Assembly: GCF_006345805.1 (NCBI RefSeq)
Contig: NW_021834572.1
Location: 1-47,922, forward strand
Direction of reading: 5' to 3'
Source of the DNA: Octopus sinensis
Lineage: Eukaryota
DNA length: 47,922 nucleotides
This document shows, piece by piece, positions 24,237-39,218 of this stretch. The stretch's first letter is position 1. The number at the start of each line of letters is the position of its first letter. The notes under the pieces are model-generated. The model did not search any database. It was not told where the DNA came from and saw only the letters and a list, made by a program, of their open reading frames with translations. A program made the translations under genes and the position numbers.

Positions 24237-24270
<34 letters not shown>
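23186..24270. repeat. ~1.1-kb (TAA)n-based array with internal segmental duplication
   Basis: Block ATGAAAACAATAATAAAAGTAATAATAATAATCATAATACTAATAG occurs at ~23301 and ~23527. Confidence 0.95.
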
Positions 24271-24410
24271 TGGTAATTCGTGCACTTGGAAGTATCATCA
24301 CTCAACTACCAGCATGGCCGAAAAAGTGTGAAGGTAGAACACCTACAAAAATCCACATTGCTTGGAACTTCGATTTCTTCGCAGGGTTTTTGAAGCATGA
24401 CAGCTGACAC
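24271..24410 (+). mobile_element. Dong/R4 LINE C-terminal fragment (family E)
   Basis: VI.ALGSI..QLPAW.KK...VEHLQKSTLLGT.ILRRVFEA*. Begins right after (TAA)n. Confidence 0.6.
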
Positions 24411-25244
24411 TTTCCATCATACCCAGAAAAGTAAGCTGTGGGTTTTCATATAATGTCTTGCAAACAACTTGCACATGCAAGTGCTACCAGTTAAAAGCTC
24501 CGTATACCGGAAGCCAGCAAGTGTATGGGATCATCAGGAGAGAATGCGTGCCGTTTCGGGGCCTACCTTTCGACGGCATCAAAGCGCACCGGCCCCCCTC
24601 ACTGATATGAAGCCCCACTTGCTTGATCAGCTGGTTATCAAATAAAGCTCAATATTCTTCTAGCCATCGCTCATCGTCTCTTTTTAACCAAATCCAGTGG
24701 CTAGCCTTCTCCACTGTAGTTTGGATATCGGTCATGGTGGTATTTACTTTACGATGATGATAATATATATACATATATAAACACATTCACTCACTCACAT
24801 ACACACAAGCCCTCAGTCACGATGATGACTAACACATACATACGCATACACTTGCACATTCACACACACACCACAGAGCTAAAGGTGTATGTGTGTGGAT
24901 GTATGTGTGTATGTACGTGTGTATTCGTGTATGTGTGTGTGTGTGTGTGTGCGTGCGTGCACGAAGCCGACAAGCAAATCAATGGTGTTTGATGAGAGTA
25001 GGTCAAATGTTATCGCCAGAGCTTCTTTCGAAACCAGCGAAGCGATTCTTTTTGTGAACTGGATCTGACGTAATCTAACGCCATAAAGCTAAAATACCCA
25101 AAACCGTGGCGTCGATAGGAAATTCTTTCCTTATACAACATAAAACTCGCGTTCTTTTGTCATTGCCATTACTATTATTATTATTGTTGTTGTTAAGGCG
25201 AAAGTGGTTGTTTGGCGGACGAGGTCGAAAGAATTGAGGAAACA

Positions 25245-25400
25245 GGTCTTCCTCTTCGGCAAAATCCTTCATCGATTCTTTCAAGTTTCACTTGGAAAGG
25301 AAAGTGAGAGTGGAAATAGAAATGCTTCCTCTCAATGAATTCGTGAAAAGATGGGTAGCTATAGGGGAAACGGTAAGAACGAATGGCCCTACGCACCTGT
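25245..25400 (+). mobile_element. Tx1-related C-terminal fragment
   Basis: FLFGKILHRFFQVSLGKESESG is nucleotide-similar to 15935-16050 (CACTTG.AAAGGAAAGTGAGAGT). Confidence 0.6.
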
Positions 25401-25825
25401 AGACTGGAGAAGGCATGAGCCTTGGATGGGAAGGGTAATTTTGGGAATCCTAGTTTGAATCTACTTGAACTTTTTCCTCTATCGGGGGGAACTATATCAT
25501 TCATGCTATCACATGTTATAACATGAATACTTTTACCGCATTTCACCTTCTTTTCTATATATTTCTCATCTTTTATGTAAATCTCCAGACAAATTGTCGG
25601 CAGTCCTTTAGATGTACCCTTCATCATGCCCCTGTTGCTAATCAAAGAAATCATTACCAATGTCATCGTTATCATCGTCGTCGTTATTGTTTATGATCAT
25701 TATTATTGAAGACGTCGCACACCATCCAATATCATGTTGGTGTTGATTGAGATATTGCATCTACCGGGGTTTGCCTGAGCCTATACTGGGCAAAAACTAT
25801 CTAAGTTATTTAAGTTATATATATA

Positions 25826-26470
25826 CATGCGTGGTAAGAAGCTTGCTTACCAACCACATGGTTTCAGATTCAGTCCCACGGCGTGGCACATCGGGCAAGT
25901 GTCTTCTACTATGGCTATGATGCCCCCGCCACTACTTTTGCTCATGGCCAGAGATGCGCATATCATCAGCCACTAAGGGATATGCTCAACTGGTTAAGGT
26001 CAAGCAACTGACAAGCAAATCTGTGGTGTTGAGCAGAATATTTGCTGTAGCCCGGGCGAAATGCTTAGCGCTATTTCGTCTGCCGTTACGTTCTGAGTTC
26101 AAATTCCGCCGAGGTCGACTTTGCCTTTCATCCTTTCGGGGTCGATAAATTAAGTACCAGTTACGCACTGGAGTCGATATAATCGACTTAATCCGTTTGT
26201 CTATCCTTGTTTGTCCTCTCTGTGTTTAGCCCCTTGTGGGTAGTAAAGAAATAGGTATTTCATCTGCTGTTACGTTCTGAGTTCAAATTCCGCCGAGGTC
26301 GACTTTGCCTTTCATCCTTTGGGGTCGATAAATTAAGTACCGGTTACGCACTGGGGTCGATATAATCGACTTAATCCGTTTGTCCCCTCTTTGTTTGTCC
26401 CCTCTTTGTTTAGCCCCTTGTTGTTTGTCCCCTCTTTGTTTAGCCCCTTGTGGGTAGTAAAGAAATAGGA
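25826..26470 (+). mobile_element. Nested cluster: OK-like head, antisense piece of the TAA-associated element (25915-26053), two tandem Meta-like SINEs
   Basis: Each piece matches copies elsewhere in the window. Confidence 0.8.
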
Positions 26471-26499
26471 AATAATGTCTGCAACTGCAACAAGTTGAT

Positions 26500-26745
26500 G
26501 CTATCAGCTGAGTAAATTGTCAAGATTGCCCTGCTGCCTTTCTTTGTTGGCCTTAATGAAAGCAGGTGTGTGGTGGACAGACTGAAATGTCTGAAGAAAG
26601 ACAACTTCCAGTTTGACCAAGACTTCGTGCACTTTTTCAAACTTCAACTGAATAGAAAATGAGTGAGGAGAGAGTAATGTTGACTTCTAGAAAATTAGTT
26701 GAAAGATGAATGGCAAAAATGTTCCGAGTGAACAGATCTGCTCTG
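26500..26745 (+). mobile_element. Divergent Tx1-related C-terminal fragment
   Basis: CVVDRLKCLKKDNFQFDQDFVHFFKLQLNRK parallels TRLKGLETNTFLSGQSLINFFKYHLKRK at 15900-15985. Confidence 0.55.
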
Positions 26746-27050
26746 AGCATGCGCCTCAGACAGAGATAGGGAGAAAAGAAAAAGGAAAGAGTTCTTACCT
26801 TGTAACTAAGACAATCATAGATTTGTGGGTTTTCACAATTAGCCCTCAGAAGTCTCTCCACTTTGGGGGATATATTTTTTCTATGTTTTTGTTTCATTGT
26901 TGCTGTTAGTAAATCCCTAACATAGATATATGTATGTGTGTGTATGCATATATATGTGTATGCATATATGTATATATATATATATATATATATACCATTA
27001 TACACACACATGCACACACGTACACATGTACATATATGTATGCATGCATG

Positions 27051-27100
<50 letters not shown>

Positions 27101-27822
27101 TGTATGTATGTATGTATGTATGTGTCTGTGTGTATGCGTGTGTGTGTGTCATTAAAATAATATATGCACTTAATTCCACATATGTTGTTTAGTTTTTAAT
27201 GAATTACACATGTTAAATCCCCCGTTCTTTTTCCATCTATCTAAATGAATCTATGCTAGCGAAGTATGGCAAAACGTTTCACTCTTGACAAGAGATTCGC
27301 AAAAGGTTATCGCCAACAAAGGCAGGATGTCAAAGATCAGTTAAAGAGATTAGCTCTTAATTCGTGTGCCTGGAAAAAAAGAATAAAAACAACAAACAAA
27401 CAAAACACAGTACGCTTGTGAGGATGAATAGGTCATTTTTACCGAATCTATCATGGCTGAAGCACATAGAATAACTGCCATGACAGTATAAATAAGAAAT
27501 GAGCGGAAGGAAGAACAAAACACGCGTTTATTCACTAGTCAGTCGGTGTTCTTCATCGTCACAATGAAGAAGAACCAGAAATACGTAAATAAATTAATAA
27601 ATGAATGAATTGGGATCGAATTTCACTTAATTGATCAAGTGTTTTTTTTTTCTTTTATCTCTATAGAATATTTATCTGTTGTATTTAATTTTGTAATCAT
27701 TTTTTTTAATCTCTTTTTTTTTTGCTTTCCTAAATTACTTTAATAAAACGATTACAAAAGATACAAGGAAAAGTCTGGTGTCCGTACATGCACGCACGCG
27801 CGCGCGCAAACATACATACATA

Positions 27823-27857
<35 letters not shown>

Positions 27858-28009
27858 GCTGTGGTGTCTGGGGAGAGTCATTCCCTTTTTGTGCCTTATT
27901 ATTTAACACACGCACCGGTAAAGTTTCCACTCATTTACTTACTTATTTTTCTGAAATTTTTATTGCGTCTTGCAACCTTTTCAACAGTTGTTGACTTATA
28001 TATATATAT

Positions 28010-28165
28010 TCGTGTATGTTAAGAAAGTTGCTTCCCAACCACGTGGTTCCACGCCACTGCGTGGGTCATTGAGCAAGTGTCTTCTACTATAACCTCAGAC
28101 CGACCGAAACATTGTGAGTGGATTTGGTAAGAAGCCCATCGTGTGCATATGTGTGTGTGTGTGTG

Positions 28166-28207
<42 letters not shown>

Positions 28208-28447
28208 TGTGACGTGTATGTAGTGTGTATCTCTTTGTGTCTGTGTTTGTCCCACACCATCACCGCCTGACAATCGTTGTTGGTGTGCTTTCGTACCTGT
28301 AAAATTAGCGTTCGGCAAATAATCCAATAAAATAACTACCAACTTGCCAAGAATGAGTCGTGTGATCGATATCACGACTAAAAAAAAACCTTTATGGCAG
28401 TCCACAAGCATGGCTGCAGTCAGCTGACTGAAACAAGTAAAAGAATA
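28010..28447 (+). mobile_element. OK-like SINE, near full length, with internal (TG)n
   Basis: Head, internal microsatellite and tail GACTGAAACAAGTAAAAGA are all present. Confidence 0.75.
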
Positions 28448-28700
28448 TAAATATCCATACACATATTCGTATATGTAAATGCATATATATATATATATAT
28501 ATATATATACGTAGATTTGTAGGTACACACACAGACACACACACACACACACATATTCATGTATAAATATATTGCATATTGTTTATATTTGTCTAGCTAA
28601 CTGCCGCTCTCTCTTCCTCTCTCTCTCATCCTCACTGTGTCTCTTTCTTCATTAGTGAGTGTGTATTTATGTGTGCGTATGTGTGTGTGTGTGTGTGTGT

Positions 28701-28742
<42 letters not shown>

Positions 28743-28744
28743 CG

Positions 28745-28930
28745 TGCGTGTCCTCGTGTCTTTGTGTTGTGTTTGACCCTACAATAGTTTGAACCGTCAT
28801 TGGCTCAGCAAAAAACAACCGACAGAATGGATGCCAGGCTCGAAAAATATTATGTACAGCAGTCGATTTTCCGACTAGAAAAAAATCAAGCATGGCTGCT
28901 ATCCAATGACTGAAACAGGTAAATGATAGA
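28745..28930 (+). mobile_element. Decayed OK-like SINE 3' half
   Basis: AGCATGGCTGCTATCCAATGACTGAAACAGGTAAA tail. Confidence 0.6.
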
Positions 28931-29069
28931 AAATATATGATAACATAGAATTTTTGTTTTTCTTGAAACATATAATATATGTGTGTGTTACCTTTGTGTT
29001 CAAGTATACGTGTTTGTATGCTGTTGTGCATGTGTCGGAAATTTTAAACATTAATATCGAAAAGAACAA

Positions 29070-29265
29070 AGATGCAGCGAGCGGGCAGAATCGTTGTTGG
29101 CATTTCTTCTAATTCTAGGCTTTGAGTTCAAATGCTACTGGGGTCGACTTTCCATTTATCCTCTCTGGGTATATAAATTAAGCACCAGTGAAACCCCGGA
29201 GTCGATGTAATCGGCTAGTCGCCTCCCCCCACCAAATTTCAGGCCTTGAGCCTATAGTGGAAAGG
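29070..29265 (+). mobile_element. Meta-like SINE variant
   Basis: GAGTTCAAATGCT...GTCGACTTTCCATTTATCCTCTCTGGGTATATAAATTAAGCACCAG. Confidence 0.6.
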
Positions 29266-29302
29266 ATTATTATCATTTTTATAATAATAATTATTATTAT
29301 TA

Positions 29303-29334
<32 letters not shown>

Positions 29335-29359
29335 TATTATTATTATTATTATTATTATT

Positions 29360-29409
<50 letters not shown>

Positions 29410-29472
29410 TATTATTATTATATTATCTTTATGATTTTTATTATTATTATTATTATCATTATTATTATTATT

Positions 29473-29940
29473 GAGTGAGAGAGCAGTGCATGCCATCAAA
29501 GTGACATTGGGGTAAAATTTACGAAGCCCAGTATACCTATCATGCCTACCCGTCTGATAAGGGTACACCAGGTACATGCATCACAACCATATGTGCACGA
29601 CGTGGTGATCTCATATCAAGATAAAAGCGCATGACCTTGCAGGTGGGGCCCAGTTAGAATTTTCTTCTGGTCGAGTAGCTCATCCCGCTCAAAAGGTCCT
29701 TGAATAAGGGTTGTTTAAGGATGTTGAACGAAACACCCATGCCTCGCCCCCTACTTCTGCTCACGGTCAGAGATGCACATATCATCAGCCACTAAGGGAC
29801 ATGCTCAACTGGTTAAGGTCAAGCATCTGACAAGCAAATCTGTGGTATCGAGCAGAATATTTGCTGTAGCCCATCTTTTATACTAAGACAAAACAATGTA
29901 CATGATAAAACTTCCAATCAGTTAAGATCAAAACCCATGA
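29473..29940 (-). mobile_element. Non-coding retroposon whose 3' end abuts (TAA)n
   Basis: Minus strand ends GGCATGCACTGCTCTCTCACTC-AATAATAAT. Shares sequence with 13555-13680, 25915-26053 and 37795-38021. Confidence 0.78.
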
Positions 29941-30368
29941 TTTTATCGACCCCAGTGCGTAACTGGTACTTATTTAATCGACACCAAAAGAATGAAAGGC
30001 AAAGTTGACATCGGTGGAATTTGAACTCAGAACGTAGCGACAGACGAAATACCTATTTCTTTACTACCTACAAGGGGTTAAACACAGAGAGGACAAACAA
30101 GGATGAAAGGCAAAGTGGACCTCGGCCGAATTTGAACTCAGAACGTAACGGCAGACGAAATACCTATTTCTTTACTACCCACAATGGGCTAAACACAGAG
30201 AGGACAAACAAGGACAGACAATGTGTAACTGGTACCTATTTAATCGATCCCGAAAGGTTGAAAGGCAAAGTCGACCTCGGCGGAATTTGAACTCAAAACG
30301 TAGCGGTAGACGAAATACGGCTACGCATTTCGCCCGGCGTGCTAACGTTTCTGCCAGCTCGCCGCCTT
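29941..30368 (-). mobile_element. Partially triplicated Meta-like SINE
   Basis: Block GAAAGGCAAAGT.GAC.TCGG.GGAATTTGAACTCA occurs three times. Confidence 0.8.
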
Positions 30369-30399
30369 TATGTGATATGAAATGGACGTAGATAGAACT

Positions 30400-31436
30400 G
30401 TTACGGCAGAACAATCAGCCATCTCTTGTATGGATGATTTAAAACTGAATGCTTCAAATAATAAACAGCCGGGAATATTACTACAAACAGTACATGGAAT
30501 TACCAAAGAAATAAACATGAAATATGGTTAGAAAAATGTGGTGCCAAAGCAATCCTGAAAAGAGGAAAACTTGTTAAGAGTGACAACATCACACTAGGTA
30601 ATGCAAAGGAAATGAGAGAATTAGACATACAAATACTTAGAAATCAATAAAATTGATACGATACAACACAAACATATGAAAGAGAAGATAAAAAAGGAAT
30701 ACTATAGACGAGTTAGGTTAATACAGAAATAAGAGCTAAATGTGAAAAACAAGATAATAAGTATAAATTTGTAATGAAGCTACGATATTCTTAACTGGAC
30801 TCCAAATTAATGAATCAAAATAGAAACAATAAATCATATTGACTATGGCTGCCCAGTCCTGGCTAAAAAGGAACATATTCACAGACTCGACAGAGTTGGG
30901 TCCTATACTATATACACTGGAATATATGCCAACACTATGGAACAACAATAGAGAAAAGATGGTACAGGGACACCCCAGAAAAGGTAATAGAAAATGAGAA
31001 AGCAACTATTCTCTGAATTATGCCAATATACACAGAGAGAGAAATCAAGGTTAATAAGCCGGGTATAGTTATCAGAGTTCACTAAGAAAAAAGAAAACTT
31101 TTTAATCGATGTATCAATACCAACAGCTGATAACGTTTCTCTAAAAGAAACGGAGTAACTTTCAAAATACAGAAAGTGTGGAACCTAAAAACAGAAACAA
31201 TTCCAATTACAGTAGGTGCATTAGGTATGATAAAAACATTTAGACAAATACAGAAGAAAAACACCAGGACTTGCAAGTATATATGACATCTAGAAAATAG
31301 CGCTACTAGGCACAGCACACATCCTACGTAAAACACTTTCAATACAGTAACCATAAGAGCATCACAGCACATACCCAGGCACACAGATCTGCACTCGGTA
31401 GTGAAATGAAAGCACGTCATAAAAATAATACTACTG
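30400..31436 (+). mobile_element. Internally deleted, decayed Dong/R4 LINE (family A-like)
   Basis: LLYMDDLKL-like RT piece, thumb pieces and an RLE tail. Ends ACTACTG then (ATG)n(AAT)n. Confidence 0.8.
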
Positions 31437-31488
31437 AATGATGATGATGATGATGATGAGGATAATAATAATAATAATAATAATAATA

Positions 31489-34331
<2,843 letters not shown>

Positions 34332-34340
34332 TAAAACAAT

Positions 34341-34805
34341 AAGAAGAGGGCGACTGTTGTTGGTAATGAATAGAGATTGACTGTTTATTGAAATGAAAAT
34401 GACACTCTGTATTTTTTACAAGTTCAAAATATGAAATGAAATGAAATTCAAAGATATGAAACGCTGAAACATTCAAAATTAAACCGGAATAACTGCGTTT
34501 CTTTCCAGGTTAAAACGAGGTCATCAATTCTTTTCTTTCTTTTTGTTTTCTTTTCTCTCCTTCCTTCTGCTACCTTTTTCTGAAAGACCGAAGACTGGTG
34601 ACATCGTTTTACTCGGCAAGAAACGTAGATATTCCGGTTTAATTTGGAATGTTTCCTCGTTTCCTATCTTTGAATTTAATTTCATTTAATATTTTGAACT
34701 AGTAAAAGACATACAGATAGTTGAAATATTGTTCGTCTGTTTCATTTTCCTTTAAATAAGCAGAGTCAATCTCTATTTATTACTAAGAAGAGTCGCGCTC
34801 TTCTT
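34341..34805. repeat. Foldback palindrome 3 (~200-bp arms, CT-rich spacer)
   Basis: AAGAAGAGGGCGACTG..AATAGAGATTGACT..TTCAAAGATA.GAAACG..AATTAAACCGGAATA is mirrored at 34584-34805. Confidence 0.85.
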
Positions 34806-34844
34806 TTTGCTTCTTTACCATCGTGAATAGTGACTTCAAACATA

Positions 34845-34910
34845 AAATATTATTGTTGTTGCTGTTATATTATTATTATTATTATATTACTATTATTATT
34901 ACTATTATTA

Positions 34911-34951
<41 letters not shown>

Positions 34952-34968
34952 TATTATTATTATTATTA

Positions 34969-35006
<38 letters not shown>

Positions 35007-35084
35007 TTATTATATCATTATTATTATATTTTATTATATTATTATTATTATTATTATCATTATTATTATTATATATTATTATTA

Positions 35085-35120
<36 letters not shown>

Positions 35121-35257
35121 TATCATTATTTTATTCATATTATTATTATTATTATTATATTATCATCATCATCATCATCATTATTATTATTATCATCATC
35201 ATATTATCATTATCATTATCATCATCATCATCATCGTCGTCGTCGTCGTCGTGTTGT

Positions 35258-35293
<36 letters not shown>

Positions 35294-35304
35294 GGTTGTT
35301 GTTG

Positions 35305-35363
<59 letters not shown>

Positions 35364-35369
35364 GTAATA

Positions 35370-35400
<31 letters not shown>
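34845..35400. repeat. Compound triplet array (TTA/TCA/TCG/TTG/CTG)n
   Basis: Directly visible. Confidence 0.95.
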
Positions 35401-35404
<4 letters not shown>

Positions 35405-35407
<3 letters not shown>

Positions 35408-35625
35408 TTGCAAATCCGAATTCTCAAAGTGGAAAAAATTTAAAAAATAGTGCTCATGGGCTCTGCCTATATACTACGTAAAATATTGTCTATGAAATGC
35501 CCAAAATATTTTAATCCGTAAACAGTGTCAAAATACTTTTAAATGTACATAACAGCAAACACCTATTACTGTCAGCTTAACATCACACTATCATCTTATA
35601 ATTAGATTACTTTTAAAACAAACTT
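35405..35625 (+). mobile_element. Dong C-terminus and 3'UTR (family D)
   Basis: KIVLMGSAYILRKILSM. The UTR is homologous to the revcomp of 42380-42545. Confidence 0.7.
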
Positions 35626-35718
35626 CCTATCTATGTGGTTTCATCGAGAAGTATCAGGAATGTTGCCATAGTAACGAAGCTAATAATGATGATAATAATA
35701 ATAATAATAATAATAATA

Positions 35719-35759
<41 letters not shown>

Positions 35760-35772
35760 CAAGCAGACAGAC

Positions 35773-35869
<97 letters not shown>

Positions 35870-35880
35870 TACAGATAGAT

Positions 35881-35913
<33 letters not shown>

Positions 35914-35924
35914 TAGATAGATAA

Positions 35925-35967
<43 letters not shown>

Positions 35968-35968
35968 T

Positions 35969-36753
35969 GTTTCTTTATTAGCCACACAGGGCTGCACACA
36001 GACAGAACAAGTTACACGGTATAGCTTTTCTTTTGGGGGTAAAAAAAAAGGGTGTTGGTTTTCGATCAAAAGGGATCGTAAAAGGAGAGAAAGAGGACAA
36101 AAGGGGGGGGAGGGGAAAAAAAGAAAAGGGGAGAGGAAAAAAAAGTTGATCAATAGGGATCGTAATCACAGAAATGTCAATATGAAGTGTAAAGGGGAGG
36201 ACAGGTGAGGTTTACCCGGGGAAGGAAAAGCCTACGGAAAAGACCACGGTCAATGAAATCACATGTTATATTTCTTTTTTTTTTTTTTTTGCAAATAAGC
36301 AACTCTCTGTATTAATTTTTACGGTTCATAGAATCATAGTCAAGGTGGCTTCGTCATTCATACGTGCCATCCTTGCTACATTCACCCATCTTTTTTTAAA
36401 ACATTCACTAGACAAAACTTGCCTCTCTAACTCACTTTCCTCTTCAAGTGATACTTGAAGAAGTTGATGAGAGATTGACCAGAGAGGAAAGTGTTTGTCT
36501 CTAATCCTTTCAGGCGCGTCCACCAGATACATTCTTTCGCCATAGCCACAAGTATGATAAAAATAGCTTTCCTTCCCGTTTGAAGGAAGGAGGCGTGACG
36601 ATATTAACGATAGACTCGGCTGATAAACCGACACGTCCCACACGTGACAGCAGTCGTTAGACATAAACCCACAGGTGGGAAATTGTTGGACACTGCACGA
36701 TTGGGTGCAGAGCGGTTCCGTCGCTCAGCCCGCATCTCGGGCAGGTCGGCCCC
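35969..36753 (-). mobile_element. Second Tx1 copy (short 3' fragment) embedded in (GATA)n
   Basis: Homologous to 15667-16524. (GATA)n at 35720-35967 and 36758-36840. Same 3' end AATAAAGAAAC. Confidence 0.92.
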
Positions 36754-36776
36754 ACACAGATAGATAGATAGATAGG

Positions 36777-36840
<64 letters not shown>

Positions 36841-37794
36841 AGGATGTATGTATGTTCACTGAGTGAATTTGATTTGAAAAATCTCAAATCTATGTTGATT
36901 ATTATATTTCTAAGACTTTAGTCTTCCTTTGTTGTATATTTCTTTCATTTTTATAATTATTTGATTTCAGCTTTTTGTTGATTTGTTGACGTTCTTGTTT
37001 GGTTTCAACCGTGTGGTTATTTGTGTATGCGTGTCTGTGTGTGTATGTGTGTGTGTATGTGTGTGTGTATGTGTGTGTGTGTATGTGTGTGCGCGCGCGC
37101 GCGTGTTTATATACACATTTACATGCATGTAGGCATGCATGCACGCGTATATGTTTGTATATACATTTACAAATACACGTACATAAACATCCGTTGATAG
37201 GTATCTATGTAACCATGTTTACATATATTATATGTATGTGGATATATATATATACGACAAGAAATGTTTGCCTCTTTTTACGGAGACAAAAACGTATATA
37301 TATATACATACAAACATATATACATATATATGTATGCATATACATGTGTGTATACATACATACACTCACAACACGCGCGCGCGCACACATATATATATAT
37401 ATATGTGTAAATACACATGCATACACTCACACACATACACACATACGCCCACATGTATAAATTTTGTTTAGGAAATTTCGTGTTTTGCTTTTCCATTCTT
37501 CACAATTCCCAAGATGTTTCATTTGATATCTGATGGAACTATTACATATTACCTTACTCTAGTTCTCGTTTAAAAGTAATTATCTCTTAAGCAATGGTGG
37601 AACCTCATCTCATGCAGCAATGAACATATCAAAAATTTTACGCCTTATAAAATTTACATGCGTTTGGATTTTTTCCTTCCATTTTATTGTGTTTGTTTTT
37701 TGTTTTGTTTATTTTTATGCTTTTTTTTTATTTTTGGAATTTTATTCAGAAAACATCAGTTTACTAATAAATTGGTATTATTAATATTATGATG

Positions 37795-38020
37795 GGGGGA
37801 ACGTCATAACCATGTGGTGAAGAATTCTTTGGGGTTTCACTACTTCACCTCTGGAAACATGGGTGTTTCGTTCATTATCCTTAAACAAACTTTATTCAGG
37901 GACGTTTTGAGCGAGATCAGCTAATTAATATTTGAGTGAGACAGCAGTGCATGCCATCAAAGCGACACTGGGGTAAGATATACGAAGCCCAGTATAACCA
38001 TCATGACTACTGCATCAGGG

Positions 38021-38021
<1 letters not shown>
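37795..38021. mobile_element. Rearranged pieces of the TAA-associated non-coding retroposon
   Basis: 37795-37921 is a sense middle segment. 37934-38021 is antisense, with the 5' end fused to the 3' end. Confidence 0.7.
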
Positions 38022-38082
<61 letters not shown>

Positions 38083-38083
<1 letters not shown>

Positions 38084-38418
38084 GTTTTTTCCTTCTTTCT
38101 TCAAATTTTCTTCCGTTTCTCACCAAGTGTTTTCCATACACCCAGGGCAGAGAAGGGCATTGTATGCATTCCCAGATTACACGCGCAAATTCACAGATAA
38201 AATATGTATTTAAAATCAATAAATAAATAAATTCATGGATGGATGTTATTTTCACAACGATAGTGCTCTTCTCAGTACATGAGCCGTTCCAGTAATACGA
38301 TTTTTTGCACTTCCTGTAGGGATGGTGAGCCTGGAATCATTTTCAAATAGGTTTCAGTACCTTTTTTTATCATTCCTAGAGATCCTACAATCACTGGTAC
38401 TGTAGTCGTCTTGAGATG
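38083..38418 (-). mobile_element. Dong 3' end (family C), third copy
   Basis: Revcomp matches 31565-31877 and extends 5' to TTTVPVIVGSLGMIKK. (TAA)n on both sides. Confidence 0.88.
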
Positions 38419-38434
38419 CCACATTTTTTCAATT

Positions 38435-38455
38435 TTCATTATTATTATATTATTA

Positions 38456-38515
<60 letters not shown>

Positions 38516-38545
38516 GTTTATTACTATTATTATTATTATTATTAT

Positions 38546-38605
<60 letters not shown>

Positions 38606-38758
38606 TTATTATGTTTATTACTATATTATATTATTATTATTATATTATTATTATTATTATTATTATTAGTTATTATTATTATTATATTATTATATTATTA
38701 TTATTATTATTATATTATTATTATTATGTTTATTACTATTATTTATGATTATTATTAA

Positions 38759-38825
<67 letters not shown>

Positions 38826-38883
38826 TATTATTATTAGATTATTATTATGTTTATTCTATTATTATTATTATTATTATTATTAA

Positions 38884-38918
<35 letters not shown>

Positions 38919-38981
38919 TATTATTATTATTATTATTATTATTATGTTTATTACTATTATTATTATTATTATTATTATTAA

Positions 38982-39028
<47 letters not shown>

Positions 39029-39111
39029 TATTATTATATTATTATTATTATTATTATTATTATTATGTTTATACTATTATTATTATTATTATTATTATTA
39101 TATTATTATTA

Positions 39112-39148
<37 letters not shown>

Positions 39149-39150
39149 TA

Positions 39151-39186
<36 letters not shown>

Positions 39187-39218
39187 TATTATTATTATAT
39201 TATTATTATTATTATTCT
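38435..39218. repeat. (TTA)n array with higher-order ~100-120-bp periodicity
   Basis: Marker TATGTTTA recurs at ~38513, 38610, 38726, 38846, 38944 and 39064. Confidence 0.9.

Noticed and set aside
24520-24650. GC-rich structured stretch with GAAAC and CTGAT motifs
   Set aside because: Core motifs are in the wrong order or spacing (CUGAUCA, no NUH or stem I), so it cannot be folded as a hammerhead.
25960-25975. CTGATGA on the minus strand (also ~29783-29790)
   Set aside because: Part of the TAA-associated element, with no downstream GAAA or stem II.
27266-27535. Plus 51-aa ORF with four KR pairs (neuropeptide-like) and minus signal-peptide-like ORF
   Set aside because: The plus ORF lacks a signal peptide and repeated amidated motifs. 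The minus ORF starts at GTG. Both are compatible with chance.
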